Assembly (NCBI RefSeq): GCF_001194135.2
Contig: NC_068995.1
Coordinates: 29,914,872 to 29,978,871 of the forward strand
Origin: Octopus bimaculoides
Taxonomy: Eukaryota
Direction of reading: 5' to 3'
Length of the DNA: 64,000 nt
The notes below the pieces were generated by a model. It made no database searches, was not told the DNA's origin, and worked only from the letters and a program-made list of their open reading frames with translations. Made by a program: the position numbers and the translations under genes. Shown here piece after piece: positions 39,339-52,943 of the stretch (positions within the stretch are counted from its first letter, which is position 1; each line of letters begins with the position of its first letter).

Positions 39339-39794
39339 TGCAATAAGATACAATAACAGTTTATTGACATTGAAACTTACATACTTTTTCCCATATTGAA
39401 GTTGCGAAAAAATTCGATAAGCTGATAGTTTCTATATAGTTCACTATTAGCAACTAATGCTGCTAGAATGCGAATGAAAATCCAAATTGAAGGAGTGAAA
39501 CAGGTGAGTTCATTGTGTTGTGACTGACTTAGAAATTCAATGCGACAATGTAATTTTCATTAAAGTAATCTTAGCTTGATGATTAACTACCTTGAGTAGA
39601 GTTCATTGCATAACAATTCCATCATGAGCTTCAGCTAGTTGAGAAATGTATGTAGCGTACATTTTACATGTTGCACTTTCTCAATTTAGATGTGTGTGTG
39701 TGTGTGTGTGTATGCAAGTACGTACGCATGTATACATGTATGTATGTATGTATGTGTGTATGTATGCATGCATGCATGCATGCATGTATGTGTG

Positions 39795-39873
39795 TCATTA
39801 TTAAGTTTTATTTCAAGATTTCTTGCCAATAGAGAAAGAGCTGGTTTCTAACCTAGATCCAAGGCTCCTTCAT
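39795..39873 (-). mobile_element. Extremely 5'-truncated sibling copy of the R4-like LINE 3' terminus
   Basis: 39804-39873 matches the corresponding 70 nt within 39928-40007 with 5 mismatches; flanked by TATG-type repeats on both sides. Confidence 0.8.
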
Positions 39874-39927
39874 ATGTATGTATGTGTGTATGTATGTATG
39901 TATGTATGTATGTATGTATCTATGTAT

Positions 39928-41760
39928 GACATTGCTCAGTTTTATTTCAAGATTTCTTGCCAATAGAGAAAGAGCCGCATTCTAACCTAGATTCAAAGCT
40001 CCTTCATTGGAATTTCAGCATCAATAACAGGGTATTTTTGTATGTATGTATGTATGTATGTATGTATGTATGTATGTATGTATGTATGTATGTATGTATG
40101 TGCAGATTTGTATGTTTTATGTATGTATTCTCATGCATATAGTTGCATATCTAGACATGCTCATATATACGTAAATGATAACCTTCTGGAAAGCTTTACA
40201 GATTTTTACAATTCCGGTGGTGGATTGGATCTGTAGTCTTCGAATTAACTTTCTCCTTCCTGGTTTTGAGAAGCCTAATTTCTCAAGATTGGTATTTACG
40301 CAGTGTGTTACGTATCTCAGGACCCCAATAATTATAGGTATACACATGAACTTGTAATGCAGGTAGAGTAACTGCAGATTTTTCAGTAGTTCAGCGTAGG
40401 TATTTTCTTTTTCACTGATCTTAAGCTTTATGTTAACATCCGCTGGGCAGGTAATTTCCACAGTTGTACACAGTTTCTTTTCTCTATCCCAAATCATAAT
40501 ATCAGGTCTGTTATGCTACATTTTATTGAGGTCTTCAGTGGGACATTCCACCAGTACTCCTTTTCATCATGAGTGACTATGGCTTCTACCATACTGTAGG
40601 TCCTTGTTTCTTTGTCCTTGAGGATATCCTTTCGACAGATTTCCTTATAGAATGTCCTAGCTACATCATGTCCCATCGATAGATAATACTATGATGACAT
40701 ATTCGGACAACTGCTTATGATGCGGGTGATACCTTCGGTGTTAACTCCACAAAGTCTGCATCAGTTGTCACATTTGACTGCTTTTCTTGCATCTCTATCC
40801 CTTTTGTACATCAGGTATTTGGTTGATATTTTCTGTTCCTGGATTGTAAACGCATGCACTTCAAAGTGAGAGGTAGTAATCCGGCTAGATAATTCATGAT
40901 AGACTGCTTTGATGATCAATGTTAATATCATCTCGGAGTTTTCTACTAACGTATCCATGCATAGTCTTCTGCTTATATAGGCTCATCCTTTCATCAGATG
41001 ATACGTTACGGTAGAGTTGTGCGACTTCTATGGGCGTATATTTTAGGTTATCAGACAAGGAATGATACTCAAGGAGCTGCATTCCAAGTCTTATGATGTT
41101 GTCAGCCTCATGTATGCAAACTTGGTCAAGAGATGCACTTCGACACTTGGTGGTTAAAAGATATTGCCGAAGGGATATAATACGACGTCCAAAAGCATTT
41201 TGAATCGACGTTAAGCCTCTGCCGCCTTGTTTTCATTTTAGATAGAGGCGTTCTATATCACTGTTTATGAGGAAATTTTGTGTGCTTGTTAGTATTTTTC
41301 AAGTTTTTGCATTAATGGCTCTGATTTCATCAAGCGTTCAATCAAGAAGCCCAAATGTTGGTATGAGTACTGGCACTGCAAACTCATTGTGGGCCACTGT
41401 TTTATTGAATGCAGAGAGTTCTGAGGTCCAAATTTTCTTTATTTGGCTGTAATATTCTTTAGTGACACGTGTTTTGTTACAGGAGCCATTGTAAGATGTG
41501 TTTTCATGCACCCCTAGATAGATGTAACATTCCTCGTCAGATTGATGGAGATGTTGCTAGTCAGGTTTATAGTTTTGCCCCTTTTCACAACCATATAACA
41601 TCTATCCTAACCAAGCTCCAACCCTACAACCTTTGAGAATGTTGTAACTAGATCAAGGCTCTTTACCATCTCATGCATATTCTTTGCATAAAGTTTCAAG
41701 TCATCCACAAAGGAACTGTATGTAATTTTGGTATTTCTGTTTCCTTGTGAACCAATGTAT
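39928..41760 (-). mobile_element. 5'-truncated R2-superfamily (RLE) LINE, most like the R4/Dong clade; pseudogenised RT + CCHC knuckle + restriction-like endonuclease
   Basis: Minus strand: FVDDLKLYAK (RT catalytic motif, about 41690-41720), LDLVTTFSK, AHNEFAVPVLIPTFGLLD*T, INSDIERLYLK*KQGGRGL, CRLCGVNTE...IISSCP, WWNVPLKT...IWDREKKLCTTVEITCPADVNIKLKISEKENTY (RLE), IPIIIG. The 3' UTR has an internal (ATAC)n and a (CATA)n tail. Confidence 0.9.
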
Positions 41761-41900
41761 GTATTTGTGTATGTATTTGTGTATGTATTTGTGTATGTAT
41801 TTGTGTATGTATGTATGTATTTGTGTATGTATTTGTGTATGTATTTGTGTATGTATGTATGTATTTGTGTATGTATTTGTGTATGTATTTGTGTATGTAT
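41756..41900. repeat. 12-bp minisatellite (ATGTATTTGTGT)n derived from (TATG)n
   Basis: About 10 units with interspersed TATG, directly at the LINE 5' junction. Confidence 0.9.
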
Positions 41901-42127
41901 GCACGGTTGCGTGCTAAGAGCTTACTTCCTAACCACACAGTTCTGGGATCAGTTCCACAGCGTGGTATATTGGGCAAATGTCTTCTATTATAGGCTCGGG
42001 TCGACCAAAGCCTTGTGAATGGATTTGGTAGACGGAAATAGAAGGAAGCTCGTCGTATATATCTATATGCGTGTTTCTTTGTGGCTGTATTTGTCCCCAC
42101 CCACCGCTTAGCAACCAGTGTTGGTGT

Positions 42128-42128
<1 letters not shown>
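41901..42128 (+). mobile_element. SINE family B (diverged)
   Basis: CTAAGAGCTTACTTCCTAACCAC...GGGATCAGTTCC...TTGGGCAAATGTCTTCTATTATAGG...GGATTTGGTAGACGGAAA. Confidence 0.85.
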
Positions 42129-42194
<66 letters not shown>

Positions 42195-42320
42195 TTATAA
42201 GCACGCACATATACTGTATATGTACGCGCAGAAAGACTGACATAAACACAAGTATATTTGTATAGGAGAGTATACATATATATATATATATACTCTTTTA
42301 GATTATTATGTATTTTATTC

Positions 42321-42450
42321 ATTGGACCTCAATGCTAGTTTTTAAGTCTGGTACTTATTCTAGCGGGTCTTTTGCTGAGTTGCTAAGTCATAGGCTCGTA
42401 CACAAACCAACAACGCTTGTCAAGCTGTTCTGGGACACAAACACAAACAC
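42321..42450 (-). mobile_element. SINE family B, 3' fragment
   Basis: TAAGTCTGGTACTTATTCTAGCGGGTCTTTTGCTGAGTTGCTAAGT...GTTCTGGGACACAAACAC. Confidence 0.7.
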
Positions 42451-42943
42451 ATACATGCATATATATATATATACACATATACATTACACAGGTGAGAACA
42501 AGAGATTGCTCAATATAGAAAACACATAATAGTGTTCAAATGATTTGAACATACTCATCAAAATCTTTACCAAGAACTAAGACTGCGAGGTTATAAATGG
42601 AATCCGGTTGAGTTGATATGGAGCTAGTGATGCAAATAAACACGCTTGGGATTTATATATAAAATAAACATACATACACACATGTAAATATACATAGGGA
42701 TATGTTGAGAGAGATAAGCAAAAACTGAAAATATGCGGATGAACACTCTTGTATAAGCATAGAGATATATTTACATTATTCTCAGAATAAATTTATGTGG
42801 AGCACAAAAAATACAGAAAATTACCGGCCACAGCCTTTGGACTGAGACATATAAAAGAATAAAAACTAAAGGGAGAAGGTAAGTCGGCGATCTTTCCACC
42901 CTAACAATTGAGACCTGCTTACGATAATGTTTACATGCATCCA

Positions 42944-43148
42944 CTACTCCTTTTTACTCTTTTACTTGTTTCACTCATTTGACTGTAGCCATGCAGGAGC
43001 ACCGCCTTGACGGGTTTTAGTCGAACGAATCCACCCCAGGATTTATTCTTTGTAAGCCAAGTACTTTTCTATTGGTCTCTTTGCCGAACCGCTAAGTTAC
43101 AGGAACGTAAATACACCAACACTGGTTGTCAAGCATTGATAGGGGACA
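42944..43148 (-). mobile_element. SINE family B, 3' half, cut off at 43149
   Basis: TTTTACTCTTTTACTTGTTTCACTCATTTGACTGTAGCCATGCAGGAGCACCGCC...GTCAAGCATTGATAGGGGACAA, then unrelated sequence. Confidence 0.85.
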
Positions 43149-43149
43149 A

Positions 43150-45139
43150 TGTAACGGAAGTTACATTAATCTGTTAACGTTAACTTTTATTGAAAAAAGG
43201 CATAATTACAGTTTACTACCCCACCGACTTCCAGAAAAATGAATACTTTTTAACGAAACTTTCACCAAATAATCGCTTATATTCTGTAGATTGAGGATAT
43301 GTAAAGATTTGTTGGAAAAACTTTCCGAGGGGTTGGGGAGAGAAGTTTCGGAAAATTCATAGGACCCGACATTTTCCCCCTCATAACTTGCTGGGTATTT
43401 TTGAATGAAATTTTACTCAAATACCTTTCAAACGGTGTAAATTACGACTACAAAGAAATTTGTAAGCAACAGTTTTGAAAGGGGGAGGAGAGGGGAGGAA
43501 TTTCTCCGTTTTGTTTTTCACCAGTCTTCAGAAAGATGGGAGGTATTTTTTCACTCCCGCCACCCCCTTACTACCCCAGTCCGAAATGATTTTGGCCATT
43601 TTTTTTTCACTATGCACTAAAACCCGCGAGAGAAACGCTTTAGGTTTGAAAAGTAAATTTTAATAATTTCAGAGGACAATTTGTGATTTAAGGGAGATTT
43701 GGCTGTTGTTTCTAGCACATCTCAAAACTTCCTTCTTCGTTTCTTTGTCACTCACACATCTATTGATATTTTTCAATATTTTTCTCCCATAAACAAATTT
43801 TATGGAACGATGATGTCAAAGTAACAGACGTGTAGTTCCAACCGAGCGAGGCGCTGTTATGCGTGTGTTTAAGAAAACAAAACCCTAAAAACATCTTTCG
43901 TGTTCGTATTAATCTGTCAAATGTAATGCTTATTTGTTCACGTCATTTTGGATTATTCAGGTTCAAGAGAGATGTCCACAATATTTGCATGTAACTTTGT
44001 AAATTTTTTACATACAGATTTGAAGTTTTGTCACTGGGTGCTTTATATACCACTAGTTTATAGTTATGTAATTTTAGCTGATCTTGCTGAGTAAATTTGA
44101 CTTTTATGGGCAGGTAAATTTAATTAACAGGTGTAAAAGCAATAACATTATGGATAAACACTAAAACTGAAATTCTAAATGCATCTTACCTGTTTGATTA
44201 GTTACTAAAATTATCCCAGATGGCAACCAACAAAAATTTTGCCACTTTTCAAGATGAAGTACATTAATTTGAATTAATTAAAATACAGATATAATCGGTA
44301 CAAGATTTTATTCTTTCGGTAAATATTTCGTACTTCAGTGTGGAATAATTTTTATTCCACAGTTTTTTTCCGGGTGCATTCAAGATATCTACCCTCCAAA
44401 CTCGCTGCAAGCCACCTTTTTCCGGAAAAGAAAGGTGGGAAGGATGGTGGGGACCTCGAAGTTTTTCACCAAGGGAGCTTTGTTTCACGAGTCTTTTTTT
44501 CTTTTCCAGGGTATGTTGCATGATTTCAACGAATGTGACATGGAAATCACGCGTAAACAACTCCTTTTTTCCAAAACAGAAAAGATTTGGGTGCTATTTC
44601 TAGCATTGCTTGCTGCCGCATAACAGCTTTTTGCGTTCACACCGAAATACCAACTTTTTTCCTTCCATTTATTTTTTCCACTTTATGAAAGTCAATATTT
44701 TCTCTGTTGACATCTACCTCAGCGAGGACACGGATCAAGTGGAAACATCAATCACTGTTCCCTCTTGACAGGACAAAGAAATTTCCCGTTGTCTTTGCAA
44801 GCAACAAGCGGATGAATTTGGTTTCAAATCCAAGCAGGGCCAAACGAGGTCCTACAAATTATTTAGGATAATAAGTGGCGTTATATCGGGGTTGAAACAA
44901 TGACGCGTAGAATATTAAATATGCTAAAGCAATCTGAAAGCAATAGAAACTTTTAAACGTTTACCGGTTTTTATGAAATTTTTGGATTAACGGACTTGAG
45001 TTTAACGGAAGCTAGATGTAATGGAAGTTAATTAGTGCGATAATGATTTTCAAAGTTAACTTTAAAGTTAAATCGCTAGCGTAAATGTTAACTTCGTTAA
45101 TTAACGATTAACAGATTAACGGACTTACACCCAGCTCTG
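43150..45139 (+). mobile_element. Degenerate hAT (Ac/Tol2-like) transposon; left boundary uncertain
   Basis: The right end reverse-complements to CAGAGCTGGGTGTAAGTCCGTTAATCTGTTAATCGTTAA; the left end TGTAA...TTAATCTGTTAACGTTAA is a partial match. 44700-44870 reads VDIYLSEDTDQVET and KFPVV...LVSNPSRAKRGPTNY, resembling the hAT C-terminal region. Confidence 0.5.
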
Positions 45140-45456
45140 TATATATTTATTTATTTATTTATTTATGTGTTTCAGCCAAGTGGCTGCGGTCATGCTGGTG
45201 CATATATAAAGTAGTTGTATACTGTCAACTTAACGTGACAGTCCCAGTAAGGGAATCATACTACTGCTATTTAGCCCTAGGAAGCTGGACCGCTTCCTGT
45301 CGGCCTTGACATATTTCTTGTGTCCTTATGTTTAAAAGGGGAAGACAAGCACCTCCACCCAGCCTAACCTGCATTCAGGAACATGTTTCTGAGTTTTGCA
45401 TGACTAGCTGCTTAAGTCGTCGTTGTTGTTGTTGTTGTTATTATTATTATTAATAA

Positions 45457-45508
<52 letters not shown>

Positions 45509-45509
45509 G

Positions 45510-47280
45510 CAGGGTCACTACTCTCACCCAGAAATGAGCCTAGAGGAAGGTAGTCTTGAATGGTCGTGCAGAGATGGCTAACGCGTACATCGCGCACGCC
45601 ATCTACTACCGCTTGACCGCCGTACCTTGTCCCGACTATCGCCTGATTACGCTGGAGAGTATACTCTTCCGCTTCTTGTGAAAGGGATGCGTCCCGATGG
45701 TCAGGCGATCCATCTGTTGTCAACTCCCGCAGCGTGGTGGCTTGGGCATGCCGTGGTTGATGATGCACAGACATGCACTGAAGTTACGACATCTCCAATA
45801 CTTCCTTGATGCTGAACAGGNNNNNNNNNNNNNNNNNNNNNNNNNNNNNNNNNNNNNNNNNNNNNNNNNNNNNNNNNNNNNNNNNNNNNNNNNNNNNNNN
45901 NNNNNNNNNNNNNNNNNNNNNNNNNNNNNNNNNNNNNNNNNNNNNNNNNNNNNNNAAGTGGAATATCTTTAAGCGCTCACAGCCCTATGCCAGTCGGACA
46001 CTGTGTTAGGTGGAACGTCCATTTTAGTTTTCTGCAGAGCAAAGGTTCTCAACCTACAAAATATTTTTATTTTTCATTATGCTACTTATTTTGATATCAG
46101 CATATAATTATTAAAAAATAAAGGATATCATTTTACATATGCGCTTGTATGCAATTCGGAGTACAAATATACTAATTGAAATGCAAAAGAAAAAAACTAA
46201 ATAATAAATGGTCTTACGAATGAAAGTTTGGTAATTGTTTTTATTTCCACTACGTGACACGTTTTGGAGGTTTCACTTTAGCGACACCAGTTACACATGG
46301 TACCAGGAATTTGCTTAGTGTCGTCAAAGTGGAAAAAGTGTTTTTTAAGTTTTTGAATATTTGAAACAAAAAGGCATCGTTTTTTAAACTGACTGTCGCA
46401 GAATGTGAAAATATGGCTACTACTCATTAATTTCAAATTAAACTCACCAAAGTTGAGAGTCTTCCCCTAGCGCCCCCAAGTCTTTTAACGACCTCCTAGT
46501 ACCCCTTTGCTCCAACACCTCTCGGGCTCCAGATGGCCCCTGGGGTGCTTAGGTTCCGGTTGAGAACTCTACAGTGTAGAGGATTAGTGGAGAGAAAGTG
46601 AGACGATGTTCCTGGAGAGACCTTGGGTGTCGAAGATCAGCTAACCGCGCTTTTCCGAAGAACTTTTGGCCTGGGACCGATGGATAAGCTCCAAAAATCT
46701 CTGACCTGGCAGTGCTACCGGGGAGCTTTGCTCGTTCGAGATGAACTTTGCAGGCACAGAAGTGCCGTCATCCAAGCGTGTCCAAGTTACGCACAGGACG
46801 ACGTGATTGTCCTGCACTGGACTGCGTCCAGTGCCTTAGCATTGCTGACCAGTGGATTTATGTCGAACATTTACTGTCGCATGTAGGACGAATCTGGCTG
46901 TTAACTGAATCCATCGGGAAGTTCACCTCGCCGCCTTCCTTTAACCGGGAAGGAAAGGCCATGTTTATATACCTGGTGGCCAATGCGAGATTGAAGGGGC
47001 TGAAGACAAAAACATTTCTCTTTGACCAATTCCTGATCAACTTCTTCAAGTTTCACTTGAAAAGGTAAATAAGGGCAGAGAGGGAAGTGTTGTCTTCTAA
47101 CCAGTTCGCTGAAAGGTGGATAAAAGTGGTGAGAAGGATGCAAGTGAACGGGCCTGCCCTGAGCATAAGCCTGTAATTGGAAAAAAAGGAAAGGAAAAAG
47201 GTACCTGCCCCAAAAGTCAGGATACCCATGGCTTTTTATGGAGTTTTCCATGAGCATCCCTCTAACACCTCCATCCTATT
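45510..47280 (+). mobile_element. Tx1/L1-clade LINE 3' part (RT C-terminus to zinc knuckle), split by a gap and a MITE
   Basis: LNGRAEMANAYIAHAIYYRLTAVPCP...LESILFRFL*KG...RRSICCQLPQRGGLGMP (45560-45820); LTWQCYRGALLVRDELCRH...ACPSYAQDDVIVLH and RWIKVVR (46620-47170); A-rich 3' region. Confidence 0.85.
46040..46571. mobile_element. hAT-type (Charlie/MER20-like) MITE nested in the Tx1 LINE
   Basis: Left CAAAGGTTCTCAACC, right GGTTGAGAACTCTA (imperfect inverted repeat); AT-rich non-coding interior; an 8-bp TSD is not clearly preserved. Confidence 0.65.
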
Positions 47281-47435
47281 GGGGATTACACATTGTTGAA
47301 TTTTTTTTTCCATGCTAAACTTGTCTACACAGAAAACTCTCACAACACACTCACACACATACAGACACATTCTTTGTTTTGTTCTTTACTGTACATAATG
47401 TTTTTCTTAATGTAACCCCTTTGTGGTTAATAAAG

Positions 47436-47481
<46 letters not shown>

Positions 47482-47490
47482 TATTATTAT

Positions 47491-48034
47491 TGAGAGAGCA
47501 GCGCATGCCATCAAAGTGACACTGGGGTAAAATATAAGAAACTCCTTATACCCATCATGACTACCCGTCTGATAAGGGTACACCAGGCCCATGCATCACA
47601 ACCATATGTGCGCGACATGGTGATCTCATATCAAGATAAACAGTGAATGACTTCACAGGTGGGGCCCAGTTAGAATTTTCTTCAGGTCGAGTAGCCCATC
47701 CCTTTCAAAAGGTCCCTGAATAAGGTTTGTTTAAGGATGTTGAGCAAAACACCCATGTTTCCAAAGGTGAATTATTCAAACCCCAAAGAATTCTTCTCAA
47801 CACATGGCTATGATGCTCCCCCACTACTTCTGCTCATGATCAGAGATGCACATATCGTCAGCCACCAAGGGACATGCTCAACTTTTTAAGGTCAAACAAC
47901 TGACAAGCAAATCTGTGGTATCAAGCAGAATATTTGCTGTAGCCCCTCTTTTATACGAAGACAAAACAATGTACATGATAACACTTCCAATCAGTTAAGA
48001 TCAGAAGCCATGAGAGCCACTGCCTGGTACTGCA
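47491..48034 (-). mobile_element. Interspersed retroposon-like repeat (family D) ending in an (AAT)n/(GAT)n tail
   Basis: GAGAGCAGCGCATGCCATCAAAGTGACACTG...CATCACAACCATATGTGCGCGACATGG...CTCAACACATGGCTA, highly similar to 61082-61407; both copies abut TAT/CAT microsatellites at the same end. Confidence 0.8.
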
Positions 48035-48712
48035 GAGTTCTTTTGTTACACATTCCGTTACCTCTCCAATGACTTTCTGTTCCTCGTGATATGATATCAA
48101 TTCTAATAATTTAATATTAAACTGAAAGATTAATCAATACATTTTAATGAAATATGTGTATTTAACTTTCACAAGGAAAAGACTAATAACGTCTTTGAAG
48201 TTTTGGCTTTTTCACCTTCTTCAGACTGTAGATAGTTTTTGTTTTTGTTTTCTAATCTGTTTATACCTTTACATTACAAACGTACATTTATTTCACATTG
48301 ATTTATTTTTCTTAATTTTTTTTTTTTTTGCCAACTAAAATGTCTACAAATAATTCACCATAATAGATATTTTCCAAATTCTTTAATAAAACCGTTCCTC
48401 TCAAAGGAGTGAGCACATTCGAAGAATACAAGAAGTTAAAGAAAATTATTTTCTTTGCAACACACACACACACACACACATGCACACACACGCACATACA
48501 CACACACATACACATACACATACACACACGCACACACATACACAAACACACTAACATAGCTACATTCATATATACATACATACATGCCTACTCAGCTATA
48601 CTCGCATATACCGATGCAATCACAGGTCACATGAACACATACACAACTAAACTCGCATATATAAACACAAACATATGCAGCTATACTGACATATACACAC
48701 ATAGACAGCCAT

Positions 48713-48769
<57 letters not shown>

Positions 48770-49120
48770 AGTCATTCTCATATCCTTATGCACACGTACA
48801 CGCTCTCATAAATGTTGCATTTCCTTTTTCAAGGCTTCTTTCACACTTCGGTGGCTTCTTGTTGATAATAATACCAAATTATAAGGATATCCTGGTTAAC
48901 TGAATTTGTTAACACCTCTCACTTGCAATATTTTTTATATTGCAGGGATGGTGGCGCAGTTTTGTTGAAACGGACTAATTGCAATTAAATGAATGTATGA
49001 AAGAAATTCACAAATAGTATTTGTAGGAATACAACTCAATTCATTTCAAAGCTTTCAGCAATTAGGAAATGCAGATGATGTTAAACCAATTTTAAGTTAT
49101 TTATATATATTAAGACCGAA

Positions 49121-49335
49121 GGTAGCGAGCTGGCAGAATCGTTAGCATGTCCGGCAAAATGCTTAGCGACATTTCGTCTGTGTTTACGTTCTGAATTCAA
49201 ATTCTTCCGCGGTCGACTGTGCCTTTCATCCTTTCGAGGTCAATAAAATAAGTACCAGTTGAGCACTGGGGTTGATGTAATCGACGACTCCCCCCACTGC
49301 CCAAACTTGTTGGCCTTCTGCCAAAATTTGAAACC
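49121..49335 (+). mobile_element. tRNA-derived SINE, family A, full length
   Basis: GGTAGCGAGCTGGCAGAATCGTTAGC...GAATTCAAATTC...GTCGACTGTGCCTTTCATCCTTTCGAGGTCAATAAAATAAGTACCAG...AAATTTGAAACC. Confidence 0.9.
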
Positions 49336-50467
49336 TATATGTACTATGCGAATACAAGTAGAATATAACACATCCTTATTAACTCGATCTTGTTTTGTAA
49401 ATTCAGTAAGTTAATAAATATATTCGTGGAAAATGAAGGCTTGTAAATGTCAAGAATTAGTGTAACAAAGATAAATCAGTCTTCACGTATTCTGTTTTTG
49501 CCGTAGGTTCACTGTCCTTCAATGAAAGTGATGTGTTTGAATGATGCTATTTTGCTTAGAACTGTTGGACTTTAAAACTGTTATAATTTGTAGATGTTGG
49601 TAAGTTCATTGATTCTTTTCACGCCTCAAATGTTTTGGAAGTATGTTTAGGATTTTGCCTGGTCCTGCTTTTTGTTTTAGATTTTAGTTTTCCTTTTACT
49701 TCAAATCATAGTTTAAGCGAAAGTGCGTACTTTTTTCGCTTTGTACTTTGCCCACTTCTGGTGGATTCTTTCAAAAATATCTTAGAAAGGTGTTTTCTGG
49801 GTGTTTCAGTGTGAGTAGGTTATTTTTTATTATTTTTGCGGCATGGGGTCTTTGTTTCTGTCGTTGATGACGCTACTAAATACATTACATCGTGTTTTAC
49901 AGTTTTTTTTTTTTTGAGGTTTATATTGGATACAAATATTTTCCAGTTTTATGTTTTCCATGATTTCTTTCTTTAATTTTTCTGCTACTTTGTTTTATTG
50001 TTATTTTTCTGTTATTTTGCTGTTTTGTTATTTGTGAGTTGTATTTTTTCAATTGTATGTGATGTTGGTGTGTCGTGTTTGAGGTTGGCTATTATGCCTA
50101 ATTGGGCTCTATTTTTATGTTGCCTTATGGGATATGATTTGGGATTCATCTATAATTATTTTCTTCCCCCATATCAGCTAGATATTTCTCTCTCCGTTAA
50201 TTAGAAAAGAAAGTAATCACATGTCCAAATCCTATCATCTACCACTGGTCTACCATGATTGGTACATTCTGCATATTTTCTTCAAATGTATTTGTAAGTA
50301 CATACGTACGCATAGACGCCCACACATATTCATGTAAGCATACACACACACACAAGTGCACAAACGCGCACACATACCTACATATTCACACGCAGACAAA
50401 ATACAAACATTACACAATGCATGCAAAAACACCCAGAAACACACACGCACAGACGCGCGCACACACG

Positions 50468-50502
<35 letters not shown>

Positions 50503-52677
50503 CAAGGGTTGAACATGCACACAACACACGCATACACATATATGCATATACGTACACACACAGAAGTAAAATAAAAATGGTCATCACTCTACACACTAAC
50601 GCAATTACACACATATACAAGTAGGCACACTCATAAAACTACGCACATTACACTCACAAAAACGTGGTATACGGATGAGTGCATTAAAAGATAAACTAGT
50701 TACGATATTTTTCACAGAAAATAGAAGCCAAAGAAACATATGTCAATAGAAATAATGATTTCTTTGACAAGGAACAAGACCGTTTCAGCAGGGAGAAGAG
50801 AGTAGTTAGAGGGAATTAACAGAATGTCACTGGGTCTTATTTTTACCAAACCTTATGTTAAATAACCTAACAGTTAATTATTTCACGAATTGAAAGTATA
50901 CATAAGAATCTGCTCTACTTGAGTTTGGTGTAGTTGAGTGAAGTGGATGATAAGTAAATAATAACCTGGGGCAGGCTGCTAATCTTTCACAGAAACATCA
51001 GAAACTCCAGAAATCAATTTCAAGCAGTTAGATGAGTAGTCATCTGAATCAATCAAGAGTCAAGTTCGTATAAAACAACGAGGGAGCCTCTTTGAGGTCA
51101 TTTGACCTGCAAGAAATAGTAGCCTAAACTATCTAAAATCATGTCTTTCCATCTTAAAAATGTAGGAACAAGTTAGCTAAAGTAACATTATACACATTAA
51201 GCCTCAAGGAAAGACTAGATTTAATGTTCATGTTTGGGAGGTATTACTATCTCCGTGCACAGTAACGATACAGTAGTTACTAGTTATTACACTCGCAATT
51301 GTACAAGATTCAAGTGATTCAAATAGATGATGGATTCTATTATCAAAAAAGTATTATATAGTCTTCATAGAAATTCATGCTTATATCCCATAATACATAA
51401 CCTTTAAAGTAAGATCAATCATTTATAAAAGATTAACTATGAAAAAATAAAATATTGCGTCAATATCTATCATATCTCATGGAAAAGACTTTATATACAG
51501 CCCATGATCACTTGAAATACATAGTAATTTTTTTGTCACCTACACTAAAGAGTGTAGTAATTCAGTTTTCATATTCACAAAAATTATAAAACATAATTTA
51601 TAAAATGTATGGAATGAACAGATGACCTGAATAGAAAAGAACTTGAGCGGAAGATCTAACACACATTTTGGTTTAACACCATCATAACACAACCCGGGCT
51701 CTGTTGCAAGCATTCAGAGCATACTTCCGGTTGCTTTCTCGCTCACAGAATTCCTTGAGCCATTGTCCTGAAGATGTCTTCAATTGTGTGGTGGGCGGGG
51801 GACATACAAAGGCCAAGGACAAATTTGTTAAAAACCTCAACTTCTTTTTTTTTCTTTTACTGAACTATATTTTAACGATTAGTCTTAACTCCATTCATGA
51901 GGTACACAACAAAAAGAACAATAACAGAAATTCAAATAGAAATTAAAAGGAAGAAAACATTGCAAATTATGTTAAAACCCAACAATACTCTTAAGATTTG
52001 AAATGCTGTTATCGGTACCTTACAAGGAAAACTTGGTTTTAATATACGAATTAATTTTGAGTATGTTTGTCATTTATGTTCGTCCTAAGTAACATGATAC
52101 CACTAAATAGCTGATTGTTTTAACCAATGAGTGCATCATATGGTATGTATACTGCGATATCGAAAAATATTCACACACACCACATTCGTACACACATACG
52201 TGCACTCACAAACATCAGGCACTTCATATATNNNNNNNNNNTATATATACATGCACGCAAACGCACGCACACACACATATACGCACATACATACATACAT
52301 ACGCACGCGCACGCACACACAGACACAGACACACACATACACAGACATATATATTCTCATACTATGTAATCAGTAGTTGCTATCAGCGTTTCACAGTGAG
52401 AGACCTTTCTATATTATATGACTATCAGATAAAAGGATTTTTGTTTAATCATGGAAGGGCAGGGGAAGGAGTGGTACTGCTCAACAGTTAGGAGGGCGTG
52501 GAAGCTAATCTGGTTTTAAGTAGATCATTGGTTGGGGGAGTAGTTGTTCATTTACTTCCTTCGTCAAGTGTTTTAAACTGTGTCGGTTATCAAGATGGCA
52601 GAGAATTATTTTAATGTCTTGTCTATTCATTTTCACTTCTTTCTCTCTCTCTTTCTTTCTTTCCTTCTTTCTTTCCT

Positions 52678-52716
<39 letters not shown>

Positions 52717-52758
52717 CTCTCTCTCTCTCTCACTCTTCAACCTCCCTCTCTGTCATAT

Positions 52759-52804
<46 letters not shown>

Positions 52805-52837
52805 CTTATGTATATACACATACATATGTATACATAC

Positions 52838-52943
<106 letters not shown>

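Noticed and set aside
49450-50200. A-rich minus-strand block resembling a decayed LINE
   Set aside because: Composition is suggestive but I found no diagnostic EN or RT motif.
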